Source: Kosakonia oryziphila (GTDB lineage: Bacteria; Pseudomonadota; Gammaproteobacteria; Enterobacterales; Enterobacteriaceae). Taken from it: 30,000 nt of DNA. Positions 1 through 8,134 of this stretch are shown here, piece after piece. How positions within the stretch are numbered: position 1 is the first letter of the stretch; the number at the start of each line of letters is the position of its first letter. Where the stretch lies: assembly GCF_900094795.1 (NCBI RefSeq), contig NZ_FMBC01000014.1, forward strand, positions 56,107 to 86,106. Direction: 5' to 3'. The translations under genes were made by a program, and so were the position numbers. Below the pieces are notes generated by a model. The model saw only the letters and a program-made list of their open reading frames with translations. It ran no database searches and was not told the origin of the DNA.

Positions 1-346
1 TCACCATCCCCTGTACGCGTTGTGGTAATTTGAAGCCAATCCATTGTGCTATCGTGCCGCCAATTGAAACACCTACGACATAGAATTTATTGATTTTCAG
101 ATGATCGACGACAGCAATAACATCATTGGTAAGATCTTCCATTGAAAAAGGTAACGCGTCGACCGCACTTAGCCCATGACCGCGAATATCCAGGCGGACT
201 ACTCGATAACGCTCGGTTAATCGCGGCATTTGCAGATCCCAAAGATGCATATCCGTTCCTAACGAGTGAAGAAGAATCACTGTCGTCGCATTTTCCGGGC
301 CCTGTACATCGACGTGCTGAGTTAATTTCAGTGGTCGGATAAACAT
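1..346 (-). CDS. alpha/beta-fold hydrolase (3-oxoadipate enol-lactonase-like), N-terminal part; the gene continues off the left edge
   Basis: My own minus-strand translation starts at the ATG at 346..344: MFIRPLKLTQHVDVQGPENATTVILLHSLGTDMHLWDLQMPRLTERYRVVRLDIRGHGLS...VVGVSIGGTIAQW. It carries the HSLG oxyanion-type motif and the G-x-S-x-G nucleophile elbow (GVSIGG). A GGAG sits about 8 nt upstream of the ATG. It is not in the ORF track because no stop codon lies in the window. Confidence 0.75.
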   Translation of the reverse strand, partial: MFIRPLKLTQHVDVQGPENATTVILLHSLGTDMHLWDLQMPRLTERYRVVRLDIRGHGLSAVDALPFSMEDLTNDVIAVVDHLKINKFYVVGVSIGGTIAQWIGFKLPQRVQGMV

Positions 347-623
347 TTAAAATCTCCGTATGCTTATTTTTACTTTTATCATTTACTCCGGATGTCGATA
401 CACAGCCTCAGGTGCGCTGTTATATCAATGGAATCTTTATCTGTTTAAGCTATCCTGCAAGCGCACTTTTCAGGAGAATCGCAAAGATATTTCCCGCATT
501 AACATCGGATAAATGTTCTTATCTTGTTAGCACTAATAATATTATTAGAGTAATTTTATCCTGTGCTCTAACGGATAATTTCGATATCGCTATCGAATTT
601 ATTGATGCGTAAAAGAAACGTAT

Positions 624-647
624 CCCATTCCCATTCCCATTCCCCTT
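624..647. repeat. hexanucleotide tandem repeat (CCCATT)x3 plus one CCCCTT variant
   Basis: Read directly: cccatt cccatt cccatt cccctt, in the non-coding spacer between the hydrolase gene and the 690 ATG. Confidence 0.6.
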
Positions 648-759
648 CCTACTACGCTTAACGCTCGATCTCATAAAAAAGGCTCAACCATGAATATTGA
701 TTTATCAGGGAGAATCACGCTGGTGACGGCATCTTTGGGGCTGTTTTTCATGCAATGGG

Positions 760-879
760 CTACACGCCAACGGTGGCCTGCATCGCTGCATGGCGGGCTA
801 CTTTACGAGGATTACAGTCGGCGTGGGCAACTGAACTGAAAAACGCGATGAACATGAGTACAAACAAACCTGTTTTCAT
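760..879 (-). CDS. hypothetical 39-aa peptide with an N-terminal signal peptide (below the ORF-track size cutoff)
   Basis: Minus-strand translation is MKTGLFVLMFIAFFSSVAHA|DCNPRKVARHAAMQATVGV. It has a basic n-region, a hydrophobic core and an A-H-A cleavage motif, and GAGGGG lies 6 nt upstream of the ATG. The caveat is that it is antisense to an SDR-like decayed reading frame. Confidence 0.35.
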   Translation of the reverse strand: MKTGLFVLMFIAFFSSVAHADCNPRKVARHAAMQATVGV

Positions 880-1129
880 TGCAAGCCCCTCAGTTGATAA
901 CAACACGTCACAAGTCAAATGTAGCCACTCTCACCGCATTCTATGCGGAGGCGGATCCCGGCCCGGACAGGATCCGGGCCAGCGCAATACAGTAGCGACA
1001 AAGTTCAGTGCATTCAGGATCAAAACGTGGAGAACTAACAGGAAGTCTGTCAACGGTCAGGCTTTCGACAAGATGGGGGGGAACGGGCTCTAACATATCG
1101 GGCCGGCTTTTTGGTGTTCAGCAATAATC

Positions 1130-1156
1130 AGCGCCAGGTTGCCCCGGCGCTTTTAA
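1130..1156. terminator. GC-rich hairpin immediately after the aminopeptidase stop codon, with a T-run on the + side
   Basis: The sequence agcgccagg-ttgc-cccggcgct is followed by tttaatt. It sits directly 3' of the minus-strand CDS ending at 1157. The U-tract on the minus side is weak. Confidence 0.45.
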
Positions 1157-2932
1157 TTAGTTTGCCTGCACGCACAGCGGTGCAGTGGCAGCAATCAGCC
1201 ACTCGCGGGCGTTGCTGCTGACCCGCGGTAACAGCGTTTCACGCACCTGCTGGTGATAATCATCCAGCCACTGCTTCTCCTGTTCGCTCAGCAGGCTCCA
1301 CTCCACCTGGCTTAAATCGATGGGGATCAGCGTCAGGGACGAGAAGCGGCAGAAACCGGGCTGGCTTTCCACCACTTCCGCCTGATTTTCGATACGAATA
1401 CCATAGCGATCCGCCAGATAGTAACCCGGTTCGATGGTCAAAATATTACCGGCGCTGAGCGGCCACGGGTTGACCTTTTTCGCAATGCGCTGCGGCTGTT
1501 CGTGGATCAGCAACTGGTGGCCGACGCCGTGTCCGGTGCCGTGATCGAAATCCAGCCCCAGATCCCAGAGCGCGCGGCGGGCAAAGGCGTCAAGCTGATG
1601 GCCGTGCGTACCGGCAGGGAATTGCAGGGTAAACATCGACAGAAAGCCTTTCAGCACGGCGGTGTAGTGCAGGCGCTGTTGCGCATCCAGCGGGCCAAAC
1701 GACAGGGTACGCGTGGCGTCAGTGGTGCCGTTCTGGTACTGGCCGCCGGAATCGTTCAGGTAGAAGTTCGCGCCAGTGATGGCTTTGTTGGTTTTTTCGC
1801 TGCTGTGGTAGTGGCACATGGCAGCATTACTGGCTGAAGCCGAAATGGTACTGAAACTCTGCTCGATAAACCCGGCCTGTTGCTGGCGAAATTCCAGTTG
1901 CTTCTGCTGGGCTTCCAGTTCGGTGACCGGGTTACCCGCAGCTTCACGCGCCGGAACTTCCTGCGCCAGCCACGCCAGAAAATTCACCCACGCCGCGCCA
2001 TCCTGCTGGTGGCTTTCACGGTAGCCCGCCAGCTCAATGGGATTTTTATGCGCTTTGATAAAGGTGATCGGATCCGCGCTCCACAGCACTTCGCCACCCT
2101 GTTGTTCGATGGCAAAACGCAGTGCGACGGGGGCAAAATCACCGTCGAGCAGGATCCGTTTACCTGGCGCAACCTGCTGGCAGCGCGGCAGAAAGGCGTC
2201 GAAATCACTCAGCGTCAGCGTGGCCTTCACTTCAGCAGACAGCGCCGTTGTTTTTCGCGGATCGACAAACCACTCCACCGCGCCATCATGGCTCAATAGG
2301 GCAAAAGAGTGTGCTACCGGGTTCATCGCAATGTCGGAGCCACGAATATTCAACAGCCAGGCAATGTTATCCGGCAGGGTGATAGCAAGAAAATCCGCCC
2401 CTTTTTCTGCCAGCACTTGCGCAATGCGTGCGCGTTTATCGGCACTGCTTTCGCCGCTGATGGCGACGGGCATTTCACGGATCACACCGCAGGGTGCCGC
2501 CGGGCGATCGCGCCAGATGGCATCGAACGGATCGCGCGTCAGCGCCACCAGTTCGCAGTGGGTTGCGTCAAGGGCGGTAAACTGGCTGTTGACCATCAGC
2601 AGCGGTTCGAAACCGATACGGCTTCCGGCGGGCAACGCAGCAAGAACTTGATCCAGCGGCTCGTTGTGCAGGTGATGAATTTCAAAGGCGTGCAGATCCA
2701 CTTCGCTGCGTACCTGTACCTGGTAGCGACCATCGACAAACATTAACGCGCGATCGCGCAGTACCAGCGCCAGCCCGGCTGAGCCAGTAAAACCGGTGAG
2801 CCACTGCAATTTATTATCGTGTGGGGCGCAGTCTTCGCTCTGATGCGCATCGGCACGCGGCACAATGATACCGTCAAGCTCCAGCGCGACGAGCTGATCG
2901 CGTAACGCCTGTAACGGTGTTGCGGTTTGCAT
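1157..2932 (-). CDS. aminopeptidase P family (M24B Xaa-Pro aminopeptidase, long 591-aa form)
   Basis: The 591-aa ORF carries M24 metal-ligand motifs: YLNDSGGQY, DATRT, HGTGHGVGHQLLIHEQP, EPGYY and IRIEN. An AAGGA RBS precedes the ATG at 2932. The gene lies 15 nt downstream of amn, so the two are probably co-transcribed. Confidence 0.9.
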   Translation of the reverse strand: MQTATPLQALRDQLVALELDGIIVPRADAHQSEDCAPHDNKLQWLTGFTGSAGLALVLRDRALMFVDGRYQVQVRSEVDLHAFEIHHLHNEPLDQVLAALPAGSRIGFEPLLMVNSQFTALDATHCELVALTRDPFDAIWRDRPAAPCGVIREMPVAISGESSADKRARIAQVLAEKGADFLAITLPDNIAWLLNIRGSDIAMNPVAHSFALLSHDGAVEWFVDPRKTTALSAEVKATLTLSDFDAFLPRCQQVAPGKRILLDGDFAPVALRFAIEQQGGEVLWSADPITFIKAHKNPIELAGYRESHQQDGAAWVNFLAWLAQEVPAREAAGNPVTELEAQQKQLEFRQQQAGFIEQSFSTISASASNAAMCHYHSSEKTNKAITGANFYLNDSGGQYQNGTTDATRTLSFGPLDAQQRLHYTAVLKGFLSMFTLQFPAGTHGHQLDAFARRALWDLGLDFDHGTGHGVGHQLLIHEQPQRIAKKVNPWPLSAGNILTIEPGYYLADRYGIRIENQAEVVESQPGFCRFSSLTLIPIDLSQVEWSLLSEQEKQWLDDYHQQVRETLLPRVSSNAREWLIAATAPLCVQAN

Positions 2933-2947
2933 AGTTAATCCTTTTTC

Positions 2948-4399
2948 TTATCTGAACGGCGGTTCGTTAAAGGTGCGCAGCTTACGGGAGTGCAGGCGAT
3001 CGCCCTCCGCCCGCAGCAGGTCAATCGCCCGAATGCCAATTTGCAGGTGCTCGGAAATGGCCCCTTCATAAAAACGGTTCGCCTGGCCGGGCAGTTTGAT
3101 CTCGCCGTGCAGCGGTTTATCCGATACGCACAGCAGCGTGCCGTAAGGAACACGGAAGCGGTAACCCTGTGCGGCGATGGTGGCGCTTTCCATATCAATC
3201 GCCACGGCGCGGCTCAGGTTAAAACGCAGCGCCGAGGCGGAATAGCGCAGTTCCCAGTTACGATCATCGGTAGTGACTACCGTACCGGTACGCAGGCGCT
3301 GTTTGACCTCTTCGCCTGGCATATCGCTTACCTCTTTGGTGGCGTCATACAGTGCGCGCTGTACTTCGGCGATGCTCGGGATCGGGATATCCGGCGGCAG
3401 TACCGCATCCAGCACATGGTCGTCGCGCAGGTAGGCGTGCGCCAGCACGTAATCGCCAATCTCCTGGCTTTCACGTAATCCGCCACAGTGGCCAATCATC
3501 AGCCAGACATCCGGGCGCAGCACAGCGAGGTGATCGCAGATGGTTTTGGCGTTTGACGGCCCGACGCCAATATTCACCAGCGTGATCCCCTGGCCGTCTG
3601 CGGTTACCAGGTGCCAGGCGGGCATCTGATGCTTTTTCCACGCCAGATCGGAAATTGCCTGCTCCGGCGCTTCGGTATCGGCGGTGATCCAGTGCCCGCC
3701 CGCGCAAGAGAGCGCGACATAGGGGCTTTCTGGATCGAGGATCTGGCTGCAACCCCAGCGCACAAACTCATCCACATAGCGGGTGTAGTTGGTGAACAGA
3801 ACAAATGGCTGGAAATGCTCGGCCGGGGTGCCGGTGTAGTGGCGCAGGCGCGCCAGCGAAAAATCCACACGGCGGGCATCAAAATGCGAAAGCGGATACA
3901 ACTCAGTCGGGTGGAACAAGCCATCAGCGGTTTCATCGCCAATTTGCGCCAGTTCGGTGGTCGGGAAGTGGCGCGTCAGACCAGCGCTCATCGAGCGATC
4001 CAGCGTCAGCTCGGAACCATCAATCACATACGGGTAGGGGATCTCATGGGCTGAGAGGCCAACTTCGATCTGCGCCCCGTAGTCCTGGCACAGTAACGTC
4101 AATTGTTCGAGTAAATAGGTGCGAAACAGTGCAGGGCGGGTGATGGTAGTGGTATAGCAGCCGGAGTGGGTGAAGCGGGCATAAGCGCGGGTTTTTGGCG
4201 GTTTCGTCGCGCTGCCGTTCCAGCTTACTGACAGCGACGGGTAGACGAACAACCCCTGTGCGCGGACGTCTGCTGCCGGGAGTTCACCATTTTCAATATA
4301 GCGGCCAATGGCGTGGCGCAGTGCATTGACCGAACGGTCATACAGCGCCTCCAGTTGATCCAGCGCTTGCTCCGGTGTCAGGTGTGCGCCTTTATTCAT
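2948..4399 (-). CDS. amn: AMP nucleosidase
   Basis: The 483-aa product is near-collinear with E. coli Amn as I recall it (e.g. FPTTELAQIGDETADG, LVNIGVGPSNAKTICDHLAVLRPDVWLMIGHCGGLRESQ, and the C-terminal RKLRTFNEPPFR). A GGAG RBS precedes the start. Confidence 0.95.
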   Translation of the reverse strand: MNKGAHLTPEQALDQLEALYDRSVNALRHAIGRYIENGELPAADVRAQGLFVYPSLSVSWNGSATKPPKTRAYARFTHSGCYTTTITRPALFRTYLLEQLTLLCQDYGAQIEVGLSAHEIPYPYVIDGSELTLDRSMSAGLTRHFPTTELAQIGDETADGLFHPTELYPLSHFDARRVDFSLARLRHYTGTPAEHFQPFVLFTNYTRYVDEFVRWGCSQILDPESPYVALSCAGGHWITADTEAPEQAISDLAWKKHQMPAWHLVTADGQGITLVNIGVGPSNAKTICDHLAVLRPDVWLMIGHCGGLRESQEIGDYVLAHAYLRDDHVLDAVLPPDIPIPSIAEVQRALYDATKEVSDMPGEEVKQRLRTGTVVTTDDRNWELRYSASALRFNLSRAVAIDMESATIAAQGYRFRVPYGTLLCVSDKPLHGEIKLPGQANRFYEGAISEHLQIGIRAIDLLRAEGDRLHSRKLRTFNEPPFR

Positions 4400-4533
4400 C
4401 GTTATCTCCTTGTCTGCTTCTACGGCGGTTCCCGATAGTATGTCACAGGAGTGTGAAACAAAAGCCGCGCGGGCGGGGGATTCAGAGGAAACGGGGGCAG
4501 CGCCCGGCGCAACAGTGCGCGCCGGGAAAGGGA

Positions 4534-5511
4534 TTAGCCGCTGATTTTCACCAGCGTGCGGCCCTGGATTTTATTTTGCAGGAAATCGGCAGCGGTTGCT
4601 GGTACCTGTTCCAGCGCGATTTCCGTTGCCGCTTGCTGGTAGTAGCTCTGTGGCAGGATGCGGGCGAGGTTTTCCCATACTGCCGGACGTTGCGCCGTCG
4701 GCACCATTACCGAATCCACGCCTTGCAGGCGGACGTTGCGCAGGATAAACGGCATGACGGTGGTCGGCAGATCGAAACCGCCCGCCAGGCCACAGGCCGC
4801 CACGCAACCGCCATAGTTAGTCTGCGCCAGCACTTTCGCCAGCACATGGCTGCCAACAGTATCGACCGCGCCGACCCACAGTTGTGTCTCCAGCGGACGC
4901 GTCTGTTCGAAATCGCTGCGCGGCAGGATCTCGTCAGCACCCAACTGGCGCAGGAAATCGTGGGTGGATTCGCGGCCAGTGACGGCGGCAACGCGATAAC
5001 CCAGCGCTTTCAGCAGTACCACGGCGGTGCTGCCCACGCCGCCGCTGGCGCCGGTGACAAGCACTGTGCCGTCCTGCGGTTTCACTCCGGCTTTCTGCAA
5101 TGCCATGACGCACAGCATGGCAGTAAAACCGGCGGTGCCGATGATCATCGCATGACGTGCGCTTAAACTTTCCGGCAGAGGAACCAGCCAGTCACCTTTC
5201 ACGCAGGCTTGCGCCGCAAGGCCGCCCCAATGGTTTTCACCCACGCCCCAGCCGGTCAGAATAACCGCCTGGCCCGGCACAAAGCGCGGGTCGCGGCTTT
5301 CGCTGACGCGGCCCGAAAAATCGATGCCCGGCACCATCGGGAACTGGCGAATGATTTTGCCTTTACCGGTGATGGCCAGCGCGTCTTTATAGTTGAGACT
5401 GGACCAGTCAATATCGACCCGGACATCGCCCTCGGCCAGCGCGGGCAGCGCCACGTCTTTGATTTCTGCCAGGGTTTTATTCTCAAGCTGTTCCAGAACT
5501 AATGCTTTCAT
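4534..5511 (-). CDS. YhdH/AcuI-family NADPH-dependent acrylyl-CoA reductase / quinone oxidoreductase (MDR superfamily)
   Basis: The 325-aa product strongly resembles E. coli YhdH (SSLNYKDALAITGKGKIIR, LLTGWGVGENHWGGLA, VTGASGGVGSTAV, YGGCVAACGLAGG, QGRTLVK). A GAGGAA RBS precedes the start. It lies downstream of the TetR gene on the same strand. Confidence 0.9.
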   Translation of the reverse strand: MKALVLEQLENKTLAEIKDVALPALAEGDVRVDIDWSSLNYKDALAITGKGKIIRQFPMVPGIDFSGRVSESRDPRFVPGQAVILTGWGVGENHWGGLAAQACVKGDWLVPLPESLSARHAMIIGTAGFTAMLCVMALQKAGVKPQDGTVLVTGASGGVGSTAVVLLKALGYRVAAVTGRESTHDFLRQLGADEILPRSDFEQTRPLETQLWVGAVDTVGSHVLAKVLAQTNYGGCVAACGLAGGFDLPTTVMPFILRNVRLQGVDSVMVPTAQRPAVWENLARILPQSYYQQAATEIALEQVPATAADFLQNKIQGRTLVKISG

Positions 5512-5573
5512 GACTGCGTTTTCCTCGTCGGATAACGTTGATTATTCGGCAGTTTTGCCGTTCTGTGCAGGTG

Positions 5574-6218
5574 TTATTTTGCTGTAATGCTGTGCCGGAA
5601 GAACGCCCAGAACTGGTTGAGGGGATCCACAGAGCGGAACAGTTTGGCGCGCATCACTGCACCTTCCCAGCCAGACCAGAACTGGCGCGCCAGTTCACGG
5701 GGCTGTGCGTCTGTTGCCAGCTCGCCGCGCAGTTTTGCCTCGTTCAGGCAGCTTGCGACACGGCTTTCCCACGCGTCGAGGATCGCCCGCAGGCGTTCGG
5801 GGAAGGTTTCTGGTAAAAGTGGTGTTTCCTGTAGCAGGTTGCCGACCAGGCAGCCGCGACGGAAATCGTATTTCGCCATCCCCTGGCCGGCATGCAGCAC
5901 AAAGGCTTCTATCCGTTGCAGCGGGGCGTGTTGTGTATCGAGTAAAAACGTGTCGAGTTTATGCGCGAAGAAGCAGCCATAGGCGTCGATCACCGCCATA
6001 CCGAATTCATGCTTGCTCTTGAAGCAGTGGTAGAACGAGCCTTTTGGCACGGCGATGTTTTTGATCACCGCATCAATTCCGGCTGCTAAATAGCCGGTTT
6101 CGGTGATCACTTCGAGACCGGAACGAATCAACTCCTGGCGAGTATCTGTGAAGTCACGTTCCACCTTTGGCGGACGCCCGCGACGGGGTTTTTCCAGCGC
6201 TGCCGTTTCGTTACTCAT
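5574..6218 (-). CDS. TetR/AcrR-family transcriptional regulator
   Basis: The 214-aa product has an N-terminal TetR HTH region (RRGRPPKVERDFTDTRQELIRSGLEVITETGYLAAGIDAVIKNIAVPKGSFYHCFKSKHEF). It lies upstream of, and is probably co-transcribed with, the reductase. Confidence 0.85.
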   Translation of the reverse strand: MSNETAALEKPRRGRPPKVERDFTDTRQELIRSGLEVITETGYLAAGIDAVIKNIAVPKGSFYHCFKSKHEFGMAVIDAYGCFFAHKLDTFLLDTQHAPLQRIEAFVLHAGQGMAKYDFRRGCLVGNLLQETPLLPETFPERLRAILDAWESRVASCLNEAKLRGELATDAQPRELARQFWSGWEGAVMRAKLFRSVDPLNQFWAFFRHSITAK

Positions 6219-6288
6219 AATTTAGACCGATTGGTTTTAATTCGCTACAGGCTACGCCGATGATAAATGCTAAGCAAGCTAAGGGCAT

Positions 6289-6317
6289 GAAAAAAAGCCC
6301 GCAAAAAATCGCGGGCC
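6289..6317 (-). terminator. Rho-independent terminator downstream of the YjfB-family gene
   Basis: On the minus strand the sequence reads GCCCGC-gatttttt-GCGGGC followed by TTTTTTT. Confidence 0.6.
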
Positions 6318-6379
6318 TTGCAGAGGTATGTTACCGACGGGCGTAGTGGCTTCCCTTGCGCACCCGTGGGTAGACCGGA

Positions 6380-6568
6380 CTAGGCCGTCGTATTGATATT
6401 ACGACCAATTGCCGGGTTGGACGGTAACTGAGGGATCTGCTGAATGATATCGGAAGCCATCGACTTCTGAGCATCCAGCGCCTTTTTGAGCACCAGCGTA
6501 CTGACCTGCCCATCAAGCTGCCAGGAGTCCAGGCTGCTGGCCAGAGAGGCTATTTGTATCGGGTCCAT
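6380..6568 (-). CDS. YjfB-family putative motility protein (62 aa)
   Basis: I take the start at the internal ATG at 6568, which has an AGGA about 8 nt upstream. The product is MDPIQIASLASSLDSWQLDGQVSTLVLKKALDAQKSMASDIIQQIPQLPSNPAIGRNINTTA. The pattern (sss..q.q.qvs..VLKKA.D.q...a..ll..lp....p.lG.niD) matches the YjfB_motility family as I remember it. A sigma-28 promoter lies upstream. Confidence 0.7.
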   Translation of the reverse strand: MDPIQIASLASSLDSWQLDGQVSTLVLKKALDAQKSMASDIIQQIPQLPSNPAIGRNINTTA

Positions 6569-6632
6569 TTCGATCATCCTGTGTTGTAGAACAAACAACC
6601 AAAGAACAGTTATGAATATAACTGCACAGAAT

Positions 6633-6659
6633 TTATCGGCAGCAGGTGATGAATCTTTA
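6633..6659 (-). promoter_or_regulatory. FliA (sigma-28) class-3-type promoter
   Basis: The minus strand reads TAAAGATT-N11-GCCGATAA, against the consensus TAAAGTTT-N11-GCCGATAA. It lies about 65 nt upstream of the YjfB-family start codon. Confidence 0.6.
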
Positions 6660-6848
6660 GGCGGAGCACGGGGATCTCCTCAGAGGACAAAATCAGTATG
6701 TCGGAAGGTCTCTAAAAGTGAATGGTTCGTTTTGCAGGGATGCTTACAGAACGAGCTTTACCAGTATTTTTACCAGCAAATGAGGATGGCTTTGAGTGGT
6801 TTTGAATGAATGAGTGTGAAACTAAAAAAGGGTGATAACCAATTGATC

Positions 6849-6879
6849 AAAAGCAAAAAGCCCGCTCGTAAGCAGGCTT
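6849..6879 (-). terminator. Rho-independent terminator after tRNA-Asn
   Basis: The minus strand reads AAGCCTGCT-tacg-AGCGGGCTT (one G.U pair) followed by TTTGCTTTT. Confidence 0.55.
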
Positions 6880-6887
6880 CTTAAATC

Positions 6888-6963
6888 TGGCTCCTCTGAC
6901 TGGACTCGAACCAGTGACATACGGATTAACAGTCCGCCGTTCTACCGACTGAACTACAGAGGA
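6888..6963 (-). tRNA. asnT: tRNA-Asn (anticodon GUU)
   Basis: The reverse complement reads TCCTCTGTAGTTCAGTCGGTAGAACGGCGGACTGTTAATCCGTATGTCACTGGTTCGAGTCCAGTCAGAGGAGCCA, identical to the E. coli tRNA-Asn as I recall it. It is 76 nt with an encoded CCA. The asnT assignment rests on its position next to mtfA. Confidence 0.96.
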
Positions 6964-6981
6964 ATCGTGTGAACGGGGCGC

Positions 6982-7010
6982 ATAGTACTGGCCCCGTACT
7001 GGTGTGTCAA
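6982..7010 (-). promoter_or_regulatory. sigma-70 promoter for tRNA-Asn with a GC-rich discriminator
   Basis: The minus strand has TTGACA, a 17-nt spacer, TACTAT, then GCGCCCC (a stringent-type discriminator). An AT-rich UP-like tract lies upstream, and the tRNA 5' end is about 18 nt downstream of the -10. Confidence 0.6.
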
Positions 7011-7063
7011 TACTAAATTTAACCTGCTGATTCAATTGGCTAATTAAAGCGCAATGTGCAGTT

Positions 7064-7861
7064 TTAATGTATCTGATTTATCCCTTCGGTGTAACCACCG
7101 GCCTGGCCGCGCAAGCGGTTGAGCGGATCCTGCTGGTAGAAGTGGCAGAAGCGCTGCCATAATGCCGGGAAACGCGGGGCGAAGAGTTCGGGAGCGCTAA
7201 AGAAATACTCCGACAGCACGGCGAAACATTCTGCGGGATCGGTTGCGGCATAGGCATCAATGCTGGCTGCGCTTTCTCCTACCAGATCGATTTCATCCTG
7301 AATATTACCCATGGCGGCGCGTAAATCATGCTCCCAGCCGGCCACTTCACGCAGTGGGATCAGCGGGATGCCGCTTGCTCTGTCGCCGTTACGTGTATCC
7401 AGCTTATGCGCCACTTCGTGGATAATCAGATTAAAGCCGGAAGCATCAAACGAATCCTGAATGTCGAGCCAGTTAAGGATGATCGGCCCCTGTTGCCAGC
7501 TCTGACCGGATTGCACCATGCGCTGGTTATGCACGAGGCCGATATCGTCTTGCCACTCATCGTCCACCACGAACGGTGCCGGGTAAATTAACACTTCGTG
7601 AAAACCATCCAGCCATTCAAGGCCCAGTTCCAGCACGGGCAGACAAAAGAGCAGACTAATGCGCGCGCTCTTTAAGGCATCCAGATCGAATCCTTGTAGC
7701 GGAACCAGCCGCTTTTGCTGTAAAAAGCGATCCGCAAGCTGAACAAGTTTAACCTGCTCATCAGGCGATAGATTTGCTAATACCGGGGCGTTTAGTGCTT
7801 CTTCCCACGGGAACGCCGTCTCATCAGCGGAGTCTTTTGTTTTCCAGGGCCACTTAATCAT
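7064..7861 (-). CDS. mtfA: Mlc titration factor A (glucose-regulated zinc aminopeptidase-like protein)
   Basis: The 265-aa product starts MIKWPWK... and contains [31 protein letters not shown] and the [12 protein letters not shown] zinc motif. It is collinear with E. coli MtfA (YeeI). The K-12 synteny serU-mtfA-asnT is preserved. Confidence 0.93.
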   Translation of the reverse strand: MIKWPWKTKDSADETAFPWEEALNAPVLANLSPDEQVKLVQLADRFLQQKRLVPLQGFDLDALKSARISLLFCLPVLELGLEWLDGFHEVLIYPAPFVVDDEWQDDIGLVHNQRMVQSGQSWQQGPIILNWLDIQDSFDASGFNLIIHEVAHKLDTRNGDRASGIPLIPLREVAGWEHDLRAAMGNIQDEIDLVGESAASIDAYAATDPAECFAVLSEYFFSAPELFAPRFPALWQRFCHFYQQDPLNRLRGQAGGYTEGINQIH

Positions 7862-7954
7862 CGTTTTGCTCGCAAACTCGCCACTTGAACCAAATTAACG
7901 GGACAGGGTCTGTTAAAATGCCAAATTACCTGGCATCATGGCAGCCATCTGAAC

Positions 7955-8044
7955 GGAGAGATGCCGGAGCGGCTGAACGGACCGGTCTCGAAAACCGGAG
8001 TAGGGGCAACTCTACCGGGGGTTCAAATCCCCCTCTCTCCGCCA
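7955..8044 (+). tRNA. serU: tRNA-Ser (anticodon CGA), long variable arm
   Basis: The sequence is GGAGAGATGCCGGAGCGGCTGAACGGACCGGTCTCGAAAACCGGAGTAGGGGCAACTCTACCGGGGGTTCAAATCCCCCTCTCTCCGCCA, 90 nt, matching E. coli serU as I recall it. A possible extended -10 (TGTTAAAAT) lies at 7911-7919. Confidence 0.95.
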
Positions 8045-8134
8045 CTTCACCCAATCGGTTGTTTCTTACTGATTTCCTTCCTAAAATGCCTCACTTGTAC
8101 TGCATGAATGTTACACATCATGGACAAACCTGTC

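Noticed and set aside
412-612. 66-aa + strand ORF (MRCYINGIFICLSY...)
   Set aside because: It lies in AT-rich promoter-like spacer, has no RBS, uses a GTG start and has a low-complexity composition rich in unusual residues. It is probably non-coding.
755-1093. 112-aa + strand ORF taken as an intact gene
   Set aside because: It has no RBS, and its sequence is not protein-like beyond a loose SDR-like stretch. I interpret it as one frame of a decayed gene (see the finding at 690-1093), not a functional CDS.
1502-2746. Several 60-200-aa + strand ORFs inside the aminopeptidase gene. Similar antisense ORFs occur inside amn (2990-4143), the reductase and TetR genes (4375-6022), fadK, ydiS, ydiR, ydiO, ydiF, aroD, ydiB, ydiN, ydiM, yedJ, yedA and yedI (e.g. 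25559..26242).
   Set aside because: These are typical antisense or off-frame open frames of GC-rich coding DNA. They have Arg/Ala/Gly-rich nonsense composition and no RBS, and each is fully nested in a strongly supported gene.
4443-4456. TCACA-GGAG-TGTGA inverted repeat upstream of amn (possible CRP or Pho site)
   Set aside because: The arms are only 5 bp, and the orientation and spacing are wrong for CRP (TGTGA-N6-TCACA). It does not match a Pho box, so it is too weak to call.
6486-6809. 107-aa + strand ORF
   Set aside because: Its first half is antisense to the YjfB-family gene and its sigma-28 promoter. The remainder lies in a low-GC spacer without an RBS, and no family resemblance is evident.
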